A program made the position numbers and the translations under genes. Under the pieces are notes generated by a model, which made no database searches, was not told the DNA's origin, and was given only the letters and a program-made list of their open reading frames with translations. A stretch of 63,451 nt of DNA, filler included, from Choristocarpus tenellus KU-1152 (taxonomy: Eukaryota > Protista > Phaeophyceae): the NCBI GenBank assembly GCA_964200185.2. It is 9 parts of 9 records of this genome, joined end to end, with 100 filler letters (N's around TTAATTAATTAA, not from the genome) between each part and the next. Parts side by side here need not be neighbours in the genome. Positions count along the whole stretch, not along the records: positions 22,401 to 35,290 come from CAXNAD020001673.1; positions 35,391 to 41,839 come from CAXNAD020008120.1; 7 more parts are not named here. One strand, 5' to 3'. This document shows, piece after piece, positions 25,701 through 37,379 of this stretch (positions are counted from its first letter, which is position 1; every line of letters begins with the position of its first letter).

Positions 25701-28700
25701 CACCTCCCACGCCACAAAAACTCTAGCATCTTCCAGAACCCTGCGCAAGCAACCTGCTACACACACTTCGGCGGTAGGATATAAGCCGATAAAAATGATT
25801 TATCTCACAGATGCGTGATGTGTGCCTGAAGGTGGTCATGCAGCATGATCTCGTAGCAACCCCGAGATCTATTGGGACACTTGACCTCCCTCTTGGGACA
25901 GTCCATCTCTGTGTGCTTGGGGAGATCCCCAAAGGCCAGGGTGAGACCACACCTTGTGCATCCTGTCCTCCGGCGAGGGCAGTCTCCGCTCTCGTGCCTA
26001 TCGATACTGTCTCTGCGATCCTTGTGTGTGCAACCGCCATTGCTGCATGTAACCCTGTATTGTAGGTTCAGGAAAATGGGAGGCTGCAATGACAGTGCCT
26101 TTTGGAAGTTGCAGTGATTGCTTTGGGCATTTGTTGGGGTTGGGGAGTGGAGTTGGGAACAGTATAAGGTGTATCACATCTTGGTCCTAGTCGGCATTGC
26201 TGCCCAGTTGTTGATGTTGGCAAGTTCCAATAACATCCAGTTCAGGAAAGCGGAAATGAGCTGCACCTCATAGGACTGCCCAGAAGGGGTAACATTGTGC
26301 TTTCTGCTCAGAACACTGTCAAATCTAGATACTACAATTGCGCAGTGACTGCCTGCCCTGATGGAACAGTGGTACTGTGGTGTTGCTTAGTTGTGAAGTC
26401 CATAGTATCGTAGAGGGGCGGGGGTGTGTGTGGGTGGGTTAGCCTATGTTGTCTATTTGGGGCTTGGCGAGGCATTTTAAGATACCCCGTTTTGATGCCC
26501 ATTTTGCGGGCGATTTTCTTCTGGATTTGGCTCAGGCTGGAGGATGGAAAAGAAGGGTGGACACAGATGAAGAAATTGTCCTTATATCTGACACGTTCAC
26601 TCAAATGTCAAGAAAATTACATGGAGTCACGAAGGCCCTGAATGGACGCCTGAGCCCCCCAATGAGATACTATGGACCTGAGATTGACTGCCTCAGAGAT
26701 GGTTCTCTTCACTATATTATTTCTGCCATCATTGTTGCTGTGTATCCTACTCATATTAATGCCACTATTCCTGTTGGGGGGGGGGAAACCAACTCTATCC
26801 TCAGCACGAGATAGTAGGGCTCTAGCTTAGGAGCCAAAGTATCTTAGAGGTTAGAGCCGCGTCCATTTGGAAACCAAAATCCAATGTTGCCATTTTGGTG
26901 TAATTTTGGCTATTGTGTTTGTTAGGAGATTTCAATATCCTTGTTCCGGACACACCTTTTCATAACGTATACGTTTTACATACTCCGAAACATTCTGAAG
27001 TAGGTAGAATGTCATTAATAAACTGTGGGAAGCCTAGCCCCAAATGGACAAATAGGGATAACCTTGTACCCTCTAAGATATTTTCACTCTTAGCAGCACT
27101 TTGTTGTGGTAATGTGTTCCTGAAGACTTGCAACTGTGTTGAATCTGTGAATCTACTCTCTTTCAAGAAAATGTATTGGTCCCATTATCCAGGGTGACCT
27201 GCCACCGATCTCCCACAGTGTATGAGTGTGCAGTGCAAAGGGGTCTTCCCAAAAATAGCTAGAAAAGCCCTGGCAGCTCTCTAGTGCCTTCCCTCAATAT
27301 ATGCCGTGTGGCACTTGGTACAAGGACACTTCATATGCTGCCTCACAGGGGTCGTTTGGTGTGCAACCTGCAATCATCATAATCACCTCTCTGCAGCATG
27401 CTTAAGGGTTTCCAACCCTGCATCCCACTTCATGACCCTTGTGTGCGCATCTTCCAGTATTGCTGCTACTTCTCCGTGTCCCTCCTATGTACCAGTACCG
27501 GAGAGTGCAATGTCAAGATAGTTTGGAATGATCATTGTGCCTTACACAGAATAGGACACGCTGGAATGTCACTGTGCTTACATTGTATGTAATAATACAG
27601 CCTCGACATGTCCTTGAAGCATTGGTATTGAGTATAATTTTATCAGCTTGTATTATCGTACCTGGACCCTCCCCTTAGGAATCCCGACTTGGAGACCACA
27701 ACAGATACTCTCTAAATCTCTACATAAGGAAACTCGTTATGAGTTCTGGCTGCAACCATAGCGTTCACCCCCAAAACTCACAGCAGTAACTTTGTCAATA
27801 TCCATTAGGAGAAGTATTTCCACCAGCCAAGTAATACCTTTTGTGCCAATTCCAAAGCAGTGCATCCGTGCTGATCCCTGTGGCCAATAAAGTCCAAAAA
27901 ATGTGCAAACCATTTGGGGGCATTTGGATCCTCCTCAAAATCATTTCGATTTCTAGGTTCCCCTGAGCTTCTCTCCTTCGTCCTTCTATCAATAAATCTG
28001 ATTCCGTATGATGTATTGGGGTGAGCTTGAGGGTTAGGGGAAGAGGAGAGGAGAATGGGTGCATCACACTCAATGGTAGGGTGTATGGTGGGAAAGTCTC
28101 ATGATGCAACTATTGCAAATCTCAATTAGTGCCCCCCTCTTATAGAGGACTCATCAATCTATATTAAATGTGTGAGCACAAAGACTAATTCGGTAGAGAT
28201 TCTCACCCCATCATTCGATCAAATATATTTCAGGGTAGTGGCTGAATATGACTGGTTGTGTTTCCTAGCTTATCCGCTACACTCTTCAAAATACTTTAAC
28301 TGTCTCATGTGCTCGTCTCAAGAACATTCTGGAACACAAAGGAACCAAACATATTAGTACACAGCTGAGCTAAAAGACAAGTAAAGTGATAGCAACAATG
28401 ATGTATTGGAGGGGTAGGAACTCAACATTTTCCCCAGTTGAACAGCTTTTTGCTATAGAGTCAGTAGGGTCCTTTTCGCCTGAAAATTTCATTATCTACA
28501 CTCTCCACCAACCCCATCGCGAACACACAAAACAGATGCCGTAGAAAATCCGCTAAAGAATGAACCTAGTATTAAATAGGAAATGATAGGTATGGCATCA
28601 CATGAGCCAGGTCGATTGTCCCCCTTAGCTCAACCAAGGTGCCCCCTCAACCTCTCGCTTTCACCTTTTCTTGACGACCTTATCCCTGATATGATCCAAC

Positions 28701-30312
28701 AAGTTAACCACCACACCCATACTGCCACTGGCAGAAGCATAGTGGAGAGCTGTTCTTCCCTCCAGTTGGGTGGGCTGGGTTACATCCACGCTGCCTTGCG
28801 ATATCAGTTCTGCTGTCACTAACTCGAACCCACACACTGATGCCCAAGTTAGAGCTGTATGACCAACATTACTTTCAATATTCGGATCTGCACCCTGTAG
28901 ATTTGAGCGTTTGTTGTTTGGAATGACTGAAGCTGCAACGATATTGATGTTGGCATTTACTTACGAGAGAGGAAGATGGACTGATGACATTTTTCTTGCA
29001 ATGTAGTGGTTCCTATATGTATGAACATCTGTTGTTGGGTCTTTTGGGAAGAGTGTTTGTCTATGGAGATGCTCTCATAGTATCAAAAAAGGAGGAGTAG
29101 AGCGGTTGATGACAGTACATGTGAGGGTAATTCCTTAAGACGGTGCTGCTTCAAGAAGAATATGTAGGATGGAGATTTCCTGAAAGTCGGTGTATGAACA
29201 CTTCAAATAAGGTTCAATACCCTTGATACATACCTATTACCAAAACACTATACCATTGTTATTTTCACCTCTTTTAGTAGACGATGGACAATATCCACAT
29301 GGTTCCTCGTTGTGGCCAGATTGAGTGCTGTCACACACCCTTTTCCCTGTACATCAAGATGATACAAAGGGGATGCTTGTCCTGTCCCAACTATATCACA
29401 ACCAGAACTCCTTCTAGATGCTTTGGTATCATCCTCTGGTTCCTTTTGCTGATATCCTTGGTCTTCATCCTGCCTCAGCTCCTGCTCTTGCCCCTGCTCT
29501 TGCCCCTGCTCCTGAGCATCCGCCTGTCCCAATTCCAATAGTTTAAAAGCCTCTAAGTACTCTTTCCGAGTGTGTCGTGTCCGGTCAAGAATACTTTTTA
29601 TCTCTGGGAGAGACTGGGTATCAATGGCGACTCGTAGGTCCTTCATATGATTTTCATTGCCCTTGATGACGGCTAAGAGCTCAGATTCTTGTAGCTTGGC
29701 TTGGTTGGTCCTTCTTCTGTAGCAGATATCGTTTTCCATGGCCTTTTCAAGAATCTGCACGACTTGGTCTTTTTTGGCGATCCTAGCCCAGTCCAGGGCG
29801 GTTCTTCCCTGCCCATCCTGAGCAAACATGTCTGCGCCCTCCACAATAAGGACCTCTACTATGTTAGCGTGACCTCCAGCAGCAGCACGTGCTAAAGGAG
29901 TGTAGTTATTGAACTTTGAGTTCACATCTGCCCACGAGTCTATGGCTTCCACAACATCGGGCACACAACCTGAGGCCGCCCCACGCGTCAGATTTGTGTC
30001 CGCATGTCGCGAAAGTTCAGTGATAAGGAGCCCCAACTCGCCTCTAACTTCAGACCTCGTACATAACGGTCCAGCTGATGGCACTTTCAGCGGCGTACAC
30101 TCCTTGCCATTCGTTTGGTTGTTTCCCTCTCCAGAATGACTGGACATGTTTGCCCACGCTACATTTTCAGCAGGCTCCTGTTCAATAGTCTGTGTAATAG
30201 CGCTCGGCTTGGAGGTCGGATCAATGCGCTGAATCCTATTCTTCGACTTTATCTTCTCAGTGAAGGAGGGACTACGAGGTCCGCTGACCTGTAGGTGGTA
30301 TATTCCATCCAT
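22720..30312 (-). CDS. Ankyrin-repeat + tandem TRAF-type zinc-finger protein (3'-partial; exact start uncertain)
   Basis: Exons 30312-29269, 28894-28665, 27997-27838, 27484-27387, 26054-25809, 24355-24190, 23804-23593, 22884-22720, all GT-AG and in phase. Ankyrin motifs cross junctions (LLKE|GADPN, TALELAQK|EGHGEVAAIL), then ~7 C-x2-4-C...H...C fingers (e.g. CPNGCG..HASYHCPKRPVACPRGCG). Confidence 0.88.
23314..23494. mobile_element. MITE family C (~180 bp), intronic
   Basis: TIRs CCCAAAGTATCTGGGAGG ... CCTCCCAGATAATTTGAACC. Confidence 0.88.
24407..24841. mobile_element. MITE A2 with a nested family C copy (24588 to ~24760)
   Basis: A2 sequence stops at GAAAAAAA; C begins GGCTCAATGTATCTGGGG; A2 resumes at AAGGGCATAAAA. 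Confidence 0.8.
25421..25683. mobile_element. MITE family A with TSD GCAT, intronic
   Basis: Both TIRs; GCAT on both flanks. Confidence 0.92.
26831..27089. mobile_element. MITE family A with TSD TTAG, intronic
   Basis: Both TIRs; TTAG on both flanks. Confidence 0.92.
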
Positions 30313-30738
30313 CTTTATCTACACCCCTCTTAGCCTCACCCCACACTGTGTCTGTCAACAGGGAAGGAGAACTCAATCTCAATCGAAATCTCGACTACAC
30401 CGAGTCCAGATGCCAATATTGCTGGAGGAACACCACCAACCTTCAACGAGCTTGCTTGCTCGGATAGAGTAGGAATGATAAGTGGTGAAAGGGTGACCAA
30501 ACTTCAATTCAAGTGTTGATCGTTTCTAGACTTCTACAACAATGTAAAATCGTACGTAAATCACGTTACAATTCTCTTCAAATATGACTTTCGTGGAGGC
30601 GTGTGCAGTTTACCCTCTCTCCTCCCCAACCAAGAAAGGTGGTTGGCGACAAGCAAAACTGAAGAGCCCACTTCCAGTCCCTCCTACAAGTATCGCAGCA
30701 AGGGCTTATACAATAGGGTAATATAGGCGTTAGTAACC

Positions 30739-32968
30739 ATGGCAAAGGCGAGCTGCGTGATGACAGGCGACGAGGAGGGCCTTAAAGGGGTGCTGACCTT
30801 GACACAGGTGGACATTCGTGAGGAAGGGTGCTAGGCGGACTTTGACTTCAGGATTGTTGGCTCTAAGGAAAAGATTGATTCAGCATGAAGGAGATCGTGC
30901 TTCCTTTGTTATGTCTGTATGTACGTTCCATGTTGGGGGAATAGGAATCGTTGGAGAGCTTCGGAGGATACCCACTCCATCTTCCCCTCAGTCGGTCATC
31001 TAGAACTCCTCTCCACTGCTCTTGTGAATACCTCTTGGGGTTATTCGACTACAGGACATATGGAAGTCAATGAGATTACTCAACTTGGCCTTGATGCTTT
31101 CTCCGTCCCCTTATCCTTATCTTTCTTGGTCTACCAGTCACAGGAGGAAGCCCCCACCATCATGGAAGGCGAAATCACTGGCTTGCGGCCGGTGAGAAAG
31201 CCTGCGGTGTAGTAGCAGTCCCCACACTGCTCGTTTCTTTTCTAAGTTGTGCCGTCATCTTCGTTTGACTCTACCTTCCATTCCCAATTATAGTTCAACT
31301 GCCTCTCCGTCTTTCCCCTCCACCATCCTGTTGTAGGCTAGTCCACACCACTTGTTAGTCTTACCTCCGTCTTTTCCCTACCCTCAACTGCAACAATTTC
31401 AAAGGGGCGCCACGGGATCCACATTCACGTGTTTGGGGATTTCTCAGAGGGGTTGGTGAGTGCAGGCGGGATCTTCAATCCCTTCAGCAAGAACCATGGG
31501 GCTCCAGACGACGAAGACCGGATGGTGGGAGATCTGGGTGAGTTGACAGCCTTGGTAGTAGATCCCATGGGCGGTGGATGCTTGGCATTGCCGTGATGTC
31601 AGAGTGTAGTTACGTTTCTCTTTGCGTTGAACATTGTCTGGGCTATTCATTGAGGCTCCTCTGCCTATCAAAAGGAGATTTGAATCCTTAGTATCCTGCA
31701 GGCACTTCATAGCACAATGTTGTGAATGGGCAAATTACCCATGCAGAAAAGAAACCTCTTGAGCCACCTAGTTAGGCTTTGTGATGGATTCTTATGGATT
31801 AATTTGGAGGGTAGAACCGATTATTTCAAGGAAGATTTAAGGATTGGATAATTGAATGTCTTGTTTCTTTCCCTAACCCCACTTCCTTTCCTTTTCCCTT
31901 TTTGATGTGTGACTGTGTTGCTATGGGCTATGCATGGTAGGAAATGTGGATGTGGATGAGGCAGGCAACTGCAAGATCCACATAGAGGACCGAATGGTGA
32001 GGCTAATTGGCCCGCACTCCATTATTGGACGTTCTATCATCATCAAGGCTGGTGAAGATGACCTTGGCAGGGTAAGGGTTAACTTTGTTTCGCAAACCAT
32101 AAGGCAAAAACGACAGGCACTGACACACTAGGGTGCATACAAACTTCTATAATGGTTGCATAGTACCTTACTTCCTGTGCTGTTGAGACCTCAGTCCTTT
32201 TCTAGGGTAAATCCTTCGTTTTGGGAGGGGAGTACATGCACAGTAGGATGGGATTATCTGAATGATTTGGTTGGTGACAGTGGGTGCAGCTTTTAAATTC
32301 TGTACACAGAGTTCTATGGTGTACATTCAAGAAAATCTTAAAATCCAATTTTCAGAATCACGAGTCGGATACTGAAGCCGTCACTTCCTTGTCCAGGTAC
32401 ATGATTGGTGAAGTCAAATTGAAAATCACAACACAAATCGGCGCCGTAGAGTCTAAGAAAAACTGCACTACATTCACATATTAGTGACCTTCGCGGACAA
32501 CCTTTCTGTACACTATATGAGACAACCGGAGTGTGTGCCTCCCATAACCACTTTACCTACTAGAATAACACAACTCATTCTCCAGGTCATTTTTTTTTGC
32601 CACAAGTTGACTCCCCGTGGCACCATGCAGATGTGGCACGCTAAAGTAGTGGAGCCATGTTGTCTACTGCGCAGAAGTAAAGTTCATTTTTGGGCATCTA
32701 TTTGAATCTCTCACGTCTTTTTTGCTCCGAGTGAGGCTATATTCCTGGACATGTTTGTTCTCCCTTGTGTAGTACATTGCGGGGGTTAGGGTTCCTCTTT
32801 TGTTGAGGTGATGATGCCCAGCACTTTTCAGTCCATTTTCTTTTTTCCCAGTGTCTGACCTCCTGCCCCATCCAAAACCCACAGGGTGGCCATGAGTTAT
32901 CCCTTACCACAGGTAATGCAGGCGCTCGAATGGCGGGTGGAGTGGTTGGCATTGCTGCCTCCAAGTAG
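30739..32968 (+). CDS. Cu/Zn superoxide dismutase (SOD1)-fold protein with a degenerate metal site, 156 aa, 5 exons
   Basis: Exons 30739-30807, 31138-31191, 31405-31537, 31941-32071, 32885-32968 (471 nt): [108 protein letters not shown]. Confidence 0.93.
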
Positions 32969-34332
32969 AGAGCAGAGGTCAACGCAGGCACAGTTGGTGT
33001 GATTGGCTCTTTAGGGGATCGTGAGGCCAAAATCGAAAAGTTGTTGCTGGGGCAGGGGCGGGTGGGTGGATACAGAATGCAGAGTCCACGAGGATGATGT
33101 GGGGCTGTGGGAGAGGCCATGAGGGGGTGCAGTCAGTGTAGGGGACCCTTTCCAAGACGAATCTGAGAAAATTTTCGACTGTGATGATGGTAGTCTTCAA
33201 GAGCTCTAGCTGAGTGCATCTTTTATGCAGTTTCCTTTTCTTTTCGGGTCGCCTCGTGGTCGTCAGACTAGCTATGACTTGGTGGTGCAGCAAGTGAATG
33301 GATTTCACCAGTTGCCCCACCCACTTGCTCCTAGGGTTCATTCTCCAGCTCTGCTGAGTAAGACAGACAAGTTGCCTCAATTTATTTTTGTCTTGATTGG
33401 TTATCTTTCATGCCTTTTCATGATAAGGTTTGCGGGCCTTCCTCTTTTGTGCAAGTTTCCCACTCGTTCAGAATTCAAGAGGGATGAACAAATGTTCAAG
33501 TTTGGGTTACCTTCTCTACTGTCCAAGTCAAATCTTTCTTAAAACCATGGAGAGGGCAAGATTTTGTAATTTCAGGGTATTTCATGTGTTAAGTGCATTG
33601 TGGGTGAGGATACATGAATTGATGGGGGAGGGGATTGAGGGGGGCACAGAGAGAGTCCTTTGCAGTGAGGTGCTCGTCATGCACACAAACAGTTGAGGCT
33701 ATGGAGGGCAGTGCAAAAAAAGAATAGGGAGGACTTTGATATTGATGTCTGGCTGGATGTCAATCAAACGGCAATGTAGGGGAGCTGATGTCCGGTCCCA
33801 TTTGTTGTACAAAGTTTTTGCTTTTTGATTGGCCTATGTCCAGTGGTGCTTTTCTATGCTAGCTGTACTCGTTTGGTGCACCCCTTTGCTATATTTGTGT
33901 GTTGACTTTTACTTTATACCAGTGCTATTAGAGCTTTAGTGTACAGTAGTAGTGCACCAATGTGTTTCTTTGCATGTGAACTGTGCTTGAACATTTCTCG
34001 TACATGGTTCATCCAAGGCTTACACATGAAAACTGTGTAAGATTTCGAAAAACACATACTCCAGCATTTATCTGCGTTGCTGCATGTGTGGGAACTGGTT
34101 TTGGGACAAGGGATCGCAACGTAATGTGCTGATTTTCGTCAACATCACCTGAGTTGGCTGACTAAGTGTGACGCTTTTTTGAGCAGAACGGTACCTTTCA
34201 CATTTGAAGTGTTTGCAAAGATAGGATTAATGATTGTGTTCGTTTCTTTCTTGTGAAATGGATAGCAATGGAAAGAGATAAGATAGTGATGGTGATGGTA
34301 ATGATGAAGGTTTGACATATGGTGAACCGAGG

Positions 34333-34562
34333 CTATTGGCTAGGTAAACTCTTTGGGGAGCTGTCTTGTGACTGTGTGGTAGTCATTCGCTTAGATGCCT
34401 GTGTCCAGTGAACCTCCAAATCAGTCTGTGGGGCCTCTTGACTGAGCTGCAATATTCTTTTGTCATTTCCTTCACTTAGAGTTGCACCATCTATGAGTGG
34501 GGTAAATTTTGACCTGTTAGAGATCCAAGGCCTTTCATTTTGTGTGTACAGTGTACCCACAT
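34333..34562 (-). CDS. Possible terminal exon of an unidentified minus-strand gene
   Basis: Good acceptor tgtatttcag followed by an open ~76-codon frame to TAG; no motif recognised. Confidence 0.2.
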
Positions 34563-37193
34563 CTGAAATACAGTTGGTCCTCTTAAGGGGGTGAAGCTTT
34601 GAATTAGGAGTTTAACTGTTAGAACGTTAAGCTTAAGGCGCTTTCCGCGCAAGGTGGTCGTAAGGGCTCTCGAATCTTATTAACAACCCTCTTGATGGTA
34701 TCATTATTATTGTTGGTGATTGTCCAATCGAAACCAACTGTAAGTCTATATTCTGAAATTCCAACTGCGTTTGGCAGTAAAATATTGATATCGTATAGTG
34801 CAGATTAGTGGTTAATGTTGAACCTTCAATGATGGCACAAAGCGCCAAATCAACTCTTACAATATATTGATTTTAGTGACTACACTATGTGGACTCACAG
34901 TTACAGTTTCTTTGTGTGTATGGGATTGGGAGGGTACACTTCAGAATCATTATCTTTCACGACCCTAACCCTCCTGATGATGAGTCCATGAAAAACTGTA
35001 CAATGTGAATAAACACTATAGGAAGATAATGAGCTACGGGAACGTTGATAATAGAGGTCGGTGTCTATGTATCAGTTTCCAATGAAGACCAACTATGAAT
35101 GGCATGGAGTTGACAATGTGTGTTGGTTTACTTTCTGATGCCGTTCATATTCTAGTGTTTGGTAATGATCAAGCGACAAGAATTCATATCCTTACACCGT
35201 TAACAGCGTATTTCCAAAATTGAGGATGGAGCATACTATGGAGGATGGGTTAGACCCAAAATTGTCCTGGAAAAAGTGTCGATATCTTTTNNNNNNNNNN
35301 NNNNNNNNNNNNNNNNNNNNNNNNNNNNNNNNNNTTAATTAATTAANNNNNNNNNNNNNNNNNNNNNNNNNNNNNNNNNNNNNNNNNNNNGGGGTTAAAG
35401 TGGTGGAGGTGGGGGGGATTATTGAGGTACTGTCTATGCTTGTATGAACCATCCACTCCTTTTGTCTAAAGGGTTCCCCCTGTGATGTGCACGGATGCAA
35501 GGGTGTGAGTATGTCCTCAGCAACCAAGCAGCTGGCCAGTGGGTGATACGACCTCCACCCCCCCCCCATCCCCCTACAAAATGATACACCTGTACACCGA
35601 GGAATGAACATATTTTGAATTGTGCATCACCTTATGTAGTGGAGTATTATCGAGATGATCTTTGAGCTGTCAATGAATATCTAACCTTGGTATGTCGTTG
35701 TTCCTTGACAGCTTGTGCACCTAGCTACTTCTATACCATCTAGCCGACTGGGGTTTCTAATTGTAGTGATTGAATCGCTGCGACTCAATTTACTGAAAAC
35801 ATAAGATTGGTGGTAAAGGTCAAAAGGGAAACATAAGATTGGCAGCTGCTCTGGTCGTTGTTAGTTCAGTTTGGAAGTTCGGAGCAGACAGTGGGTCTCT
35901 CGCACACAAACAAACACTACTGTCAGTGACACGCACCTTTACATGCCAGGGGTCCAATTAATTGTTTTTGACTCAATCTGCCATTGATGCAAGGTTTGGA
36001 GGAAGTGGTGTGATCAATGAAGACTGAGGCAGCTCTCTCAGTCCGGATTCTCTAGGGCCTGATCCTTTTGACACCCCAGCTGAAGTGGATCTGTCTCCAC
36101 TGGATGAGTGTTTTGAGTGTGGTGGGGTATCGGGAACAATGGGGATGGGGTACCTACATAATCGAGTATGGCATCCCCTCTTTTGCTTGCTCTTTTGCTT
36201 GGTATGCAGTTCCACACAAAGAGGATATCCATAAGCAAGATATACGTTGGCAGAGAGGAGAATGACAGTTCAACTAGCCTGTTGAGTAGAGCATAGGTTT
36301 CGAAGTCTGTCTCATGCCTATGACAGGGTATACCTCGATGGCGTCTCCGAATGTGGAAAAAGAGTGTGCGAGCAAGATAACGGTAGAGGTATCTTTTTGC
36401 CTACGACCATTCCGTGGGTGGAAGGCTTTACGCGCACACTTTGTGCCCTATGTGGACTTTTCGATCCTCTAGCCGAGAAAAAAAAAAGGGATTTGGCGCC
36501 TCATCACCAAAGACCATAAGTTATTTCAATGTACAACATCAGATGGTCCCCAGCAGTAGTTGGTGGGTTCAGTAAATACAAATACCAAAGTTGAACAAGA
36601 ATCCTTCCTGCGAGCACCAGTGGGATCGCATGCGTGTTTGAACTCTATGTGGTGTAGCCAGCGGCTGCTAGGTGTTGAATGATCGGAACCTTTGGAAAGC
36701 TGTGGTTCAATTCTCCAGAACGAATATATTTTCGAAATTTGGGAGCTGTTTTTTTTTGTATGTGTGTGTTGTTATTGTCTCACAGTGGTCTACTCTCTCT
36801 ATCCGACAGAGAGAGCGAAATGTGGATTGAAAGATCTAGAGGTTCACTGTCTGGAAAATGCAAGTAAAGAAACCCTGATAACACTTGTCGAATGTGTTCA
36901 AGACGAGAGGTTTTTTTAGTACCGTTGACCATCCTAAAACACTATAGTTTGGTCACCCACTTGCCGATGTGGTGCCTAACCACATTCTTTGGAACATTCT
37001 TGCAGTTTGGGTGCATCGAGATTGACCTGACCTGTTGCGAGCAGTACTCAAAACGAAACCAGAGATTGAGCAGATATGTGATCCCACAAGTGCTTGCCAG
37101 AAGGACTTACAAAAATTATTCGACACTGTATTCTTTGTTCCTCCTCATTTAGAAAAGCATGCTATGAATGCATTGCTGCTGGCATCATGAAAT

Positions 37194-37230
<37 letters not shown>

Positions 37231-37379
37231 CCAAGTTGATACCAGTGTCATATGGGATTGGTGATGGAAGTGTGCCTCTTGCCTCAGGTCCCTGAATATA
37301 CAGAGGTCAGAATGTGATGTACTTTTAAATCCTATGTACCACAGGACCGTGAAGCCTTCATGCTTGGCATGGGCAAAGT

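Noticed and set aside
32979-33542. Overlapping 100-130 aa ORFs downstream of the SOD-like gene
   Set aside because: No recognisable domain; adjacent frames are full of stops.
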